DNA of 57,718 bases, the filler included, from Dimorphilus gyrociliatus (lineage: Eukaryota > Animalia > Annelida), in NCBI GenBank assembly GCA_904063045.1. It is 3 parts of 3 records of this genome, joined end to end, with 100 filler letters (N's around TTAATTAATTAA, not from the genome) between each part and the next. Parts side by side here need not be neighbours in the genome. Positions count along the whole stretch, not along the records: positions 1 to 25,662 come from CAJFCJ010000161.1; 2 more parts are not named here. One strand, written 5' to 3'. Below are positions 13,834-25,762 of this stretch, piece by piece. The notes beneath the pieces were generated by a model that saw only the letters and a list, made by a program, of their open reading frames with translations, ran no database searches and was not told the DNA's origin. Every line of letters starts with the position of its first letter. Position 1 is the first letter of the stretch. The position numbers and the translations under genes were made by a program.

Positions 13834-15046
13834 CAGTATAGGCAAAAAAGTCCCCAGTCACCTTGTAAAATTTTTAGTTTAGATATTATGCTATACAGAA
13901 TAACTACTTTTAATTGGTAATAGTAATTATTCATATGTAGAAACTAATATCCTTTATGAAAAATTATTAAAAAATTGTTTTTCTTTTATAAAATCCAGTT
14001 TTAGTAATTATACCTCGAAAAAAGGAGTTAGTTAAAAATGAGTCACTATCTCTTTAATTAAATATTTTATGTTAAATCTACCTTAGGACACTGTTTTACA
14101 ATTTATATACATGAATTATTATAATATTTTATGAAAATATAATAATAATACTTTTGAACCTTTTTAATACTTGGTATGACTACCCTTATTAAAAAGACAC
14201 AGCTGTAGCCTCTTTTTAAATCTATTAAACAATTTTTCAACATATTCAGTTGGAATATTGTCAAATTCTTGCTGTGTTACTCTCCATAGATCATCTACAT
14301 TTGTGCACATATGTGTACCAACCCTTCCTTTTAGGTGTGACCATAAATTTATCCTTGTCTCATCTGAAACACAATTGTTTTAATTTGCTCTGTGCTCCAA
14401 GACAGGAGTCTTCTACAAAACATTCTCCTATTTGACAAGTGTCTTTTTTTTAATAGGGTCTTTTTTGCTGCAACATAGCCTCTCAAGTTATGTTTCCTTA
14501 AAACATTCTTATACATTGATAAGGATATGACTGATGCTAGTTTAGAGGCTGACAAAATTTGAGTTGCTCCCCAAAAAGGATTTCTGCTTGATATAAGGCA
14601 TAATATTCTCTCATCTCACTCACTTAATTTGACTGGTCTGCCACATCTGGGTAAATCTTCAATTGTATGATGCAATTGAAACTTTTTCCAGATAATTTGG
14701 GCACTGAACCTCAAAATTTTAAACATTTTGGCAATTTTATTTAATGATAGCCCTTGGTGTTTTTCAGTAATCAAACAATGAATTCCTTTATCAATGACCA
14801 TCATTTTTTTGAATAACCAAAGATACAATTATAATAAGATAATTTTCTATTTGATTTATGCAGCTTAACCCCCATAGTTTTTGATTAAACAGATAGTGAC
14901 TCATATTTAACTACTAATTTTTCATAAAGGATATTAGTTTCTACATATGAATAATTATTATTACCAATTAAAAGTAGTTATTCAGTATATCTTAATATCT
15001 AATCTAAAAATTTTACCAGGTGGCTGGGGACTTTTTGCCTATACTG
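13834..15046 (-). mobile_element. Internally deleted Tc1-family DNA transposon with long (~200 bp) TIRs and TA TSD
   Basis: TA|cagtataggcaaaaa...tttttgcctatactg|TA. The minus strand encodes the HTH (EDLPRCGRP), LRKHNLRGYVAAKK and IVF-SDETR (frameshifted), then jumps directly to NLWSHLK...KGSHTKY*. Confidence 0.9.
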
Positions 15047-16486
15047 TATATGTTACAATATTCCTTAAATCAGTTAATAGTGTAGCTCCTTTTATATGAC
15101 CGCCGAACAACATACAATTTTTCGATTGCTGATTTTTTTTGACAGCTAGAGTTGCCTTTGTTTTTCTGTCCCATATAGGTTGCAATGTCTACATAAATCC
15201 GAATGCTTATAGTTTACACTGCATAAAATGTACTAAGCAAATAGTGTATGAAAATCTGCAAACAAACAAAGAGTTCTTTATGAACTGCTCATTTTTGCGT
15301 TGTATTCAAAATATATCTCAAGCATTGGCTTTCTGCCATAAACATTCTGTATCTTTTAATGGAGCCATACATCAAAATCAGATTTATGTTAAAACGCGAA
15401 CAGTTAGTATATTTTTATTTTTCAATCCGATGGAAAACGTTAAACAACTTAACAACCTTTTTAAAAAAATGGGGACGTTTTCCACCAATTGCATGATGAG
15501 ACAAAGAAATAATGCTATCTCTATATGTAGAGAGGAGACAAGAAATTGGTCACCTATGCTTTAAAATTAAACTCATCAGAATTGAGAAATGTTTTGAGCA
15601 TGAGAAAAGATATAGAAGCCTTTGGATTGATAGTAAAAAACTTCTTGGTTCAAAAGGCAACCAAATAAATAAGCTGATGGACAGATTGAAAAATTTTGTA
15701 TATCATGCTATTTTTAGTCCACATTTCATAACACATCAATCAATTAATAAAATACTCAAAATTTATTAATAAATGTATGTTTAAATACAAAACAATTATT
15801 TTGCAAAGCTGGAAAACTTACAAAGAAAATTTTCTAAGAAGTCCCCACCCATCAAAAGTTTATCTTCAATTTTTTTTCCAATCTGTCGTTATCTTTTGCC
15901 TTTTTCATGCCAAGTCCTTTTTCTAGAGATAATCAATCCCTTCATATTTTCTTTGTAACACTTTTCTGAGTAAACAACCAAAATTCCACATGTTTTCTTT
16001 ATCTTCATTCCTCTTGCTTATCTTTCCAAATTGAAAATTTTTTGAATATTTCTGCATTTTAAGGGAAAATTTTGAGTAATGTGGTATTTTTCACTTTTCT
16101 GAATGGATTCAGTTGACCTGTAACCCCAACATTTTTTTAATTTACTTACAAAACAATCATCAGCTGAATTTAATAGGAAAATATCCATTTTGTGAAGGTT
16201 GTTCAAAAACTTACACACCATTCTATACAAAAGAAATATTTGCCTAATATTATAAACTTTTTCATTACTTTTCACAAAATTCTCCTTTTGAAAATTCATA
16301 ATTTTCCATACACCTTTTGTATGATATAAAGATTTATTTATGAATTTATTAGCTGCTTTGTATTTCGAAGAATTTACCTGGGAAAATTTTTTCTCTATAC
16401 AATTTAATTTCCATATGTTTTCTGGAAAGATAAAGACAGTTTAAAGATTGTTTAGACAGCTCCTATCACTGAGCTGTCCACAAAAA

Positions 16487-19400
16487 TCATAACCTGTTCT
16501 TGTTCCTAAATTTCAATAGTTGGTTGATATGATAACAAAATGGTATCCGAAGTGACACAATATTGTATAATACCAAAACTATAAATAATTTTGTCTGTGA
16601 ATTGAATGGTATGCTATAGGATAAGATAAAAATGACCCAAAAACACATTCTAGCTGTATTTATTAAAAGGGTTTCAAGAAAGTTTGCAATTTTGAAAATA
16701 AAGTAAAAATATCCGGTAAAGATTAAAGACAGTAGAGATAAAAGAGGAATAAAATAATGAAATAATATGTAGCTTCCAGTCTTAATTTCATAGTTCAACA
16801 GAGAGTTTAATAATGGATGACAAAATTTACCATTTGATTGAAAAGACTGAAAAAAAAATTTAGGGTTGTCTACTCATAAATAGATTTATAATTGAGTGTT
16901 TTTTGGGTGATATTGTTGAAAATACTTCAAATTTTTAATATTAATTTTCCCCAATTTCCAACCCAAAAGTTTTCTTCAAACTAAGCAATTTTCAACATCC
17001 AATCATTGGTTAGTTGACTTACTTTTAAAAAATTTAGAATGAGCAGACAAATAATTACTAACAAAACTTGAGGAATTCTGAATTGAATGAGTTTAACTAA
17101 ATAGTAATACATTTTAAAAAATTTATTAGTTTCTTTAAGAAAACTATGTAATTTTTCCTCCCCAAACATTTTTAATAGGGTAAAAAATTGATGGAATGAA
17201 GAAAATAGTATAAATGCAGACATAATTAGAGTTAAAAATAAACAATTAAAACTTGATAACCAACTTGAATATGTTTGTAGAAAATCATCTTTTGTTATAA
17301 AATTGACAAGAATTATATTGAAATTGTAAAATATAAAAATAAAATCATTCAATGGATTTGAAATTAGTCTGTAAATTTTATTGTCAAGGTCACATTTGAA
17401 AATTGCAAAACCCTCAATAAAAAGCATAATTAATGATAAAATTGAAATTGAAATCATTGCTATAATCAATAATTTAGAGCTAATTAGACTTGAACAATCA
17501 AGAGTTTTATCAATTTGCCAATGGCATTTAGAATTTAAATTATCCAGTGCAAATGAAAAGAAACAACAGTAGTAATACTCATCTACTACAATTTTTCTGA
17601 GATATGGAAAATTTTCTAATTGATACTTTTCAAAAATAACCAATGTTTCAAATGTATTTCTAAAATTTAAATATTCCAATAAATTTAAATTTTTGAAAAT
17701 ATTTAAAAGATTTGAAGAAGTAGAAGATTTCTGTTGAATTTTATTATTTGTTATGTTTAAAAACCATAATTTATTCAAATTTTCAAAATTGAAATTCCAT
17801 AAATGAGTTAAATGATTATTGGACAAATCTAAAAAGTTTAATTCAGTGCATGTTTTACAAAATCCTCTTCCAAATTCTTGAATATTTGAATGAGTTATTG
17901 ATAATCTTTGAATTTTGCTTTTAATTGATATATTCAATAAAGAACTTTCTTCAAAATAGATGTTCTCCATAATTAGAATCTTTAAATTTAGAAAATTTTC
18001 AACAAATTTAAAATTGTACGAAGACAAAAATAAAGATTTTTTGATTGAAATTAAAGTGGCCTTGTAATTTAAACTTTTTAAATTTTTTCCAATATTTAAT
18101 ATATTTAATAGAAATATTGATTTATAAACTTTGAAATCATTCCAAATGGATTTCAATTCACCAATGTTTTCACATGTTAAACTAAAAATATTGAGGCATG
18201 TGCAATTTGTTGGGCATTTTTTAAATGGGTTTTCCTCTCTTCTATATTTACAGAATAATTCATCACAACCACTCGGACAATCAAAAATTCCATTACATAC
18301 GTCCAATTGCTTAATAAATCTGTTTGTTAAACAGCATCTGAAGTATCCTCTAGGACGAAATGTCTCTAAAAGAGGCAACAAAATAAGTCTAATAGAACTG
18401 AATATGTATAATTTCAAACCACAATTAGCTTCATCCTCGCCTTCGGGACAATGAGAAATTCCATCACATATAAATTTCACATCAATACAATAAATGCTAC
18501 GAGAGCATTTAAATTGTCCAACACCACTGCAAGACTTTTCTTCAGAGCAATCCCTAAACTTTGTAAATCTCTTTAAAGGTTTTTCTTTTAATTGTCCAAA
18601 ATCGTTGTACTCAATAGAACAACTGAGAAAAGTAAGAAATCATTTTTGTTTAAGATATTCTCTAGACAAAACCTACCCTTTCAATGTATATATGATTTTA
18701 TCATCATCATCATTATCATTTTGCTTCAAAGCTCCAATTTCTATAGATAACATTTAGTTTCAGTAAGTTTTGGTAAATTTTGCTTTAAAACATAAAAAAA
18801 ACCTGTAACTGTTGAAAAAAATGAAATAAAATGATTTACAAAACAGTAAAAATGACTTACAATCCTGATTCAATTTATCGCTATAGTCGTGACAGTGGCG
18901 AATTTGATCCGTCTCTTGACCCTTCTTTATACATTGCCCATTGTTACAAGATCTGAAGAAATTCAAGAAAAATTCAAAAAGTATTGCAAGAGTTTCAACT
19001 ATGGAACTTTACATTTCATCTTTTAAACATTTTTCAAAGTCTTGTAACAGAAAAAAAAGTATTAAAAACCCAAATGATGAGAATGATGATGATGATGATA
19101 AAAAAAACAGTAACTTACAGCAATATTCTTCATCCATTTTGTTTGTACAATCATTAATAAAATCGCAAACAAGATTCGAATTGATTGTTTCAGTTCGATT
19201 ACAAAAGAATAATTGAAAATGACAAAATTTCTCATCTGAACCATCAATGCAATTTTTGTCGCCATTACAAACATTTCTCTTGTGAATACAAATATTTTCT
19301 TGAGAGCAATAAAATCCGTTTGGTTTGCAGTTTATAATTTTATTTACAAAGATTGTTGTAACGGGATTTACAGGGAAGGGCGCTAAAAGATTAAGGAAGT

Positions 19401-22019
19401 ATGATAGGAAAAAACAATCTCTACAAATGGATGTATATAAACATAGAAGGAGAACATACTTTTTGTGCTTTTCTGACAAAAGATTTTTTTTGAATATAGT
19501 AAAAACTGACAGGTTTTGGGATGGAGAACTATTTCTCCAATTCTATCATCATTTAATCTGTTCCTAACCATTAAAACAAAGCACAATTCACCATGATATT
19601 TCTTATATGTATCTAAAAGTTCCTTCCTAAAACTAATAAAATGGTAAAAATCAATTAAATACAATTTCAGGCAATGAAAGAGTTGAAAAACTTAACCCCT
19701 ACTCTTTTCATTCAATTCATTAACACTCTTACCTATATTCAATATCCAGGAGATTGATTGGGAAATTTCTTAAATTAACCAAATGAAAATCTCCATTTGT
19801 TTCTTTTAATTTTAAAACTAAAACAACAAACAATGTTCATTAATGAATCAAAAATTAAAGTTAAATCTTCTTCATTACCTAATGGTACAGTCATATCTGC
19901 AAAAGTCAATTTCTTCTTACCAGAATTTATCTCTTCTGAAAGCCTTTCTACAAGATAGTTTAATTGATGATTGGTTGTTGGACTGATAATTTCCATATTA
20001 TTTCTTAAACAATGATCTTTCCAGTTATTTGAATGGAGAAGATTCACTCCATCAAAAGAATAGTAGCAAACATTTTCAATTGCTCCAAAGAGTTTTCCAT
20101 TCTTTGGATGTAAACATTCTGTTGTTTTTTTTAAAAAAAAAAAACATAAGCATCTTCCACTTTAAAGCTCTTTAGAAAGAGATTTTGTTTAGTTCTAATT
20201 CATATACAAATTAGCCTTTTGGAACCTATACATTAGCCCTGAGGAATAGTTAGACCCCTTCAGACAACATCTATGAACCTGTTTTATTTTTAATAGTGCA
20301 ATGAAGTTCAAATCCAATATGCCTAGAATTGTATATTTTTCCTTTCATGGAATCAATATTTTTGCAATCAGTCAGTCCAAGTGCTGTGTTCGGACAATGC
20401 AAACCAAATATTACTTTTTGTATCATTGAATTAGTATCTATTGATAAAATTGTCTCTCCATTACTATAATTAAAGTGCTGACAAACAATCTGTTTTTTAA
20501 TTGTTATGGTTTATAATTGAAACAAAAATATTATCAACAAACATTTGCTTCCCTCTTCGTAAGATGATAATACAAAATTGGACTTGACCTCCCTAGTTCA
20601 ATCTTCTCAAGTATTCCTTTCTTCTCAGAACTATGATCGAGATTATCATTTGTTGATCTAAGCCTATAGACTTATATTTTGAAAAGATTTAGTTTTTTTA
20701 TTATTCAACTATCAGTATTGAAATTAAAAGGTACAAGTTTTTTTAAGATCTGGATACTTCAGTGATTGCTTAGACTGACATTTTAACAACCAAGTTTTGT
20801 TGACACCAGTACCAACATTAAAATTATAATCACAGGAAAGTTGCTGAAGTTTATTAGTCATTGAACAACTTATTGCAGATTTTCGTGGGAAATGTGAATA
20901 TAAGTTGAATTCAACTAGTTCCTTATTACGCAATAGAAAATCTCGACTAACGTCTGGTAGTTTATTCACTTTTTCACACAAGTGTAAAACGAAAAGATTA
21001 TATTCTGCAACTGCAAGAATCATAAACAGATATCACAATTAGATTTACTTTTGAAATTGGAAAAATGATTTTGTTCTTACTCTTTGTAGAAAAGTCATTT
21101 CCATGTGTTACATACATTGGTACATGAATATCTCCAATTTTCATACAAGGTACATAAAGTTTGTTTTTATCAGTGATAAATGTGAATAGAAAATGAGAGA
21201 CAGGCTGTAGGACTATCACTGTAGAATTACGTTCTTTAAAGCAGTCATATCCATAGCGTCTTCTTAATTTTAACAATGGCATTATAGTCATATTTTTAAG
21301 ACGATGAAACCCAACTTTGTAATCTACCCTCTCCCCAAATTCTAACTGGTAATCTTTATTTAGCTTATAGGATTGTTCACACGACTCTTTCTGTCCACCT
21401 ATAAAGAAATGAGATTTCTTATTTATTCTATAATACTCAAAATAAGGTGTGTGATCCTTGACATTGTCAGTGTAGTAGTAAGTGTCTGAAATAATGAAGA
21501 ATAATTCAATTCTTTCTCTCAACCACTCACTCTCAGAATTGTCCTTACATTCAACATGAGTTTGTAAACAGTTAACTGACAGATATTTTGGCTTAAGAGT
21601 TGAATCCAATTGAAAAAATTTGCAATAAGTTTTATTTATACATTGAATTTCCATTAATGGTCTTTCATCTAATCTTTGAAGATCTGTTGATAAATATTCT
21701 TACACATATGTTGTTTAATATTTTATTTTGTACCAAAGCTAAATCCAATTGCAAACAATGGATCAAATCCAAGTTTTGAACAGATAAACAATGCTTCAAT
21801 TTGACTATTAGCACCAAAAACAGATATCCAATGGCTTTGATTCTTATAAGAAACTTGAGGAAAACCATAACAGTAACTACCTTTACACCTCTGAAAATTT
21901 TTGCTAAATTTCAATGTTTTTACAATATTTTCATTATTGAATTGAGAGTTTTTAGTTATTCCATTAATATGATATTGTGCATAAAGTACAGTTGTTACAC
22001 AAAAGACTAGTTTGTCCAT
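16487..22019 (-). CDS. Receptor paralog C: SRCR-like domains, C-type lectin, LDLa repeats, LRRs and a diverged 7TM
   Basis: Signal MDKLVFCVTTVLYAQY; SRCR-like ICSKLGFD and LHCPNTALGLTDC; CTLD CYYSF...KDHCLRNNMEIISP; LDLa CNGDKNCIDGSDEKFC and CDGISHCPEGEDEANC; LRR LDLSNNHL; hydrophobic helices at 16981-17500 and 16487-16798 without the canonical motifs. Confidence 0.8.
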
Positions 22020-22680
22020 TCCTATTCCATTTGTTTAAAAAATACTTAAGTGAAGTTTAATAGATAGACAAACTGCTACTTCAATAACAAAAGAACTATA
22101 AATGATAATTTTCTATTGAATGAAGAACTGATTACTTATATATATATATTCATTCATTGAATCAATTACTCAATCACTCATATTCTTTCTTTTCTCTCTT
22201 TAAAACATGTTAATTATCTATTGACGACTGATAATCAACTTTATTGTTATGAAATTGTGCACTTTATTTTGCCTTGACTTGGTTAGGATAGGGTTACTTA
22301 GTGTGGTTACCAAATGGAATTTTCATACGAAATTAAAAATGGCAAAAAAAATTTTTTTAAATCAATTGTCAAGTCAGAAATAATTGGACAGGCATTTAAT
22401 TAATTAATTAACAGCTTGTTGTTCTAAGGGTTTCATTAGTATTGTTATATTGGATCCTTTACCTGGACATTTCATCCCTTTTGTTTGAATATAAAATTGT
22501 TCTACCAACAAACCATTATTCAAGCTGGTGCTTTGTGCTGAAAAGTATAGGTTACACAGAAGTCTCAAAAATTATTATAGGCTTAAAACTCATTCAGACA
22601 AACATGCAGTTTGTAGTTTTGTAGTTTGGTCTTGTCATTATTCATAATTAATAATTAATCTCATAAAATTGTTTTTAGGG

Positions 22681-22860
22681 TGTACTTTGTTGTATTGTAA
22701 TGGTAGTTATTTCTGACATTTCATCACAGTATTTGTTCTTTTCAATCAAAATTCCATCGTTATAATTCTTATAAAATAAAGGCGTTTCCGAAGTTCCTTT
22801 TATATCCAAAGTCTAAATATTGCCATATTACTATTTCTAAGTTTATATATGGTTACATTG
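22681..22860 (-). repeat. Diverged terminal fragment of the Gypsy LTR family
   Basis: Begins tgtactttgttgtattgtaatggtag, matching the LTR terminus at 52045 and 32195 (reverse); similarity persists for roughly 180 bp. Confidence 0.55.
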
Positions 22861-22929
22861 ATCGAATTTGTTTTTGACATAATTTGCAGCTACAGCAACC
22901 CTTTTCTCCAAAATTCCAGTTTTTAATTC

Positions 22930-25662
22930 TAACATTTTTTGACAATGCCTAAATCTATGGTTGTATAGTTTGTCATCGTCCGAGTTCTCACACAGCTTTC
23001 TAGTGGAATGTCTTCAGAAAAGGAACGGTAGTTTGTTTCCATATAATTTGCAGTCTCATCCCGAACATTAGTGAGGGATTTGCTGATGCCATTCTTGAGC
23101 TTTTGTTATCCTTGTAAGAGATGTGACTAATTTTAAGACTAATATCAAATTCAACATGGACAAGATGAACTTTTTTTTCAATGTCTGCACTGGTTAAGCA
23201 ATACTCTGAACTGTCTACAATTTGCAAGTTCTGAACAATACCAGTACTGTAATAGTCAACAGGCTTGATTTCTCCATTTTGAATGGTGTAGTGGATATTT
23301 TCCTGATAGTTTAGGGCTTCAAGTGCATTGAAAATCCACTTTTTCTTTTGTTTTTCAAAATATTCCATATGATTACTTGCTTCATATTCACTAAATTCTC
23401 TTTTATTACGTTTGCAGTCATATGCCCAGTTTCTAATCTTTTTCTCATCCCAATTAAATTTGTCTGACTGACATTTGAAAATAAGTTTTTCTATGTTCAG
23501 TGAATCAGCAGAGGAAGTAAACTTTTTCAAATCTTTATCATATTGGTTAGATTCTCTCAGCTCATTTAAAAGTTCAGGTAAATCTTTCTCTTTCCCTTCA
23601 ATTTGAAAATTATTCTGAATAAATACTTTATTGAGCTTTTGCATGATTTCAGCATAGAATGTTGTCTTCAGTAAAACCTGATATTTTATTTGTTTAAAAT
23701 TGTGAGGTGGTAGGCTGTACAACTGCAGAGTGTTTAAAAATTGGACCAAGTTTTGTGAGTTGTTGATTGAAGTTTCAAATGATTGAACAAGTTCACAAAG
23801 TTGAATGAAACTCCAATGATTCTTTTTCAACTGGCAAAACACTGTGAAAAAGTCATTTTCTAGTAATTCATTATCACACCTGAAAAGGCATCTTGCTTCA
23901 ATCAGATTCCTAAAATCAGTTAACGGAATACTTTTTACACCCTGCATAACGTCCAAGTCAATTTTCTCTGTTGAACAGAAGTTTATCAGGTTTTCAAATT
24001 CACATAAATTATCAATACTCCTTAAACATTGAAACAGTTGACCAATGAATTTAGCTCGAAAGTTACAACACAAATTTTCAGCCAATTTCTTTAAATATTT
24101 ATAATTAACGTCCTTTTCCAATTGACAGGCTGATAATATCAACATTGTCCATTCCTGTTTAATGGCTTGAAGTGGAGTTGGGGAATAAATCGCAAAGAGA
24201 CGTTTGACTTTGTCAAATGTAAAATCTTGAACCATCCAAATTAGTTCAAATAATTGTGAAAATGGATGAATATTACACCTCTGAATCAAAGATAAAATTT
24301 CATATGATTTTTCCTTTTGGAATTTTTTCTCAATAACAAGCCAATTGCGAAAAAATTGCATTTGGTCTGAGTAAGAGGCTTTTATATTCCTAAATATGTC
24401 CGAGATAAGAAGCTCTTTCATCCACTCGCTCTCTTTCTTTGAAAATATTGCGAAATCTATACTTTTTAGCGAAACAATACACTCCAGCAATTCATAATTA
24501 TGCTCTGATACTTTAATGTCCCATTTGTGATTATGTAATAGATCTTTCACTACTTTAGAGCAGAATTCTTCCAAAAAATGTACATATTGCTGTTCCTGAT
24601 GATCCTTAAGGATCCCGAATGAATATCCTTGGATGATATGACAATCACTGTAAATATTCTGTGAAACAAATCTCATACAAACTTCCGGTAATGATAAAAA
24701 TTTCCTGACGTAATACATTGATTCGAAAAATGAAACAATCAGATTTTTGAATCTTTTTTGGTCCTTGTGAAAGAAATGTTAAACAGCTTCTAGACATTTT
24801 ACATCACATTTTTCCCTTTCTTTAATAATTCGACAATAACATGGTAATGCTATTTCCAAACATTTTCCTTTGAGCAAACATCGTTCTATCAAGAGAATGA
24901 AAGAATCCTTTTTTGGAAAATCTGAATTTTCTTCAACTATCAAAATAATGAAATAATCCAGAGATGGTAAATTGCATAATTTTCTACCATCTTGTATCAT
25001 AGTCAGCAAATCAGATACATTTTCTTTACTCATTTCTTGAAGAAGACTATCATAAATTTTACTCTGATAAAAAATTTGGTTATGTTCATCTCGATTCGCT
25101 ATTTGGCTGTGTAATTTGACTTGCTGCATTAGTCAACTTTCTACGATTGTCAACTTGTGTTTTTAAAAACTGTAGGCAAGACTTTTTCAGCTTGTCTGAC
25201 TTTGTACTCTGATATAAAATAGCTACACTATTCAGCAATTCATCAGGAATTTCTTCTTCCATACAGTCAAACTCATTCAACAAATCTAAAGTCATTTCTT
25301 GACACTGCACACTTTTTTTGTCAATGATGTCTTTTAGTTTATGATAGTTCTGTGTCAAAAAACCACCAGTTTTCTCTGCATATTTACGCAAGTCTGTCAA
25401 AAACGTATCTGGCGTGTCATTATAGCTTAAATTTGCCATTTTAATTTTGATTTTTTTCTGACAAATAGAAGAATTGTCTTGAAGAACAGATTCAAAGAGC
25501 TCTAGAATTTTACATATTATTGCTTTGGTGCTGTCTGGACTAGTGCCAACTTGAACCAGCTTACAAGAAGTTCATTATCCACTTGCTCAACAGCACAGGC
25601 CAACTTGGCAACAGAATCAACACAAAAACTTTGAATATTGTAATTATGCGAAGCGATTTCTT
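22930..25662 (-). pseudogene. Fragmented gene resembling metazoan SecA-like (SecA DEAD/crosslinking domain) proteins; 5' end lies in the gap
   Basis: Overlapping ORFs 25086-25439, 24779-25129 and 23000-24718 with frameshifts. KWIFNALEALNYQENIHYTIQNGEIKPVDYYSTGIVQN resembles the SecA segment YIVxDGEVxIVDxxTG. The ATPase motifs are absent. Confidence 0.55.
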
Positions 25663-25762
25663 NNNNNNNNNNNNNNNNNNNNNNNNNNNNNNNNNNNNNN
25701 NNNNNNTTAATTAATTAANNNNNNNNNNNNNNNNNNNNNNNNNNNNNNNNNNNNNNNNNNNN
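25663..25762. other. Assembly gap: 44 N + TTAATTAATTAA + 44 N
   Basis: Exactly 100 bp with a six-frame stop linker; identical structure at 46329-46428. Confidence 0.97.

Noticed and set aside
15100-16450. Short ORFs 15139-15564, 15512-15769 and 16018-16299
   Set aside because: No recognisable motif or consistent splice structure; possibly decayed coding sequence, left uncalled.
23200-23400. Bacterial contamination or recent HGT of secA
   Set aside because: Composition matches the host, the long N-terminal helical region is not bacterial SecA-like, and the flanks are host genes and host repeats.
25707-25718. TTAATTAATTAA palindrome within N-runs (also 46373-46384)
   Set aside because: Artificial scaffold linker with stops in six frames; adjacency across the gaps is unverified.
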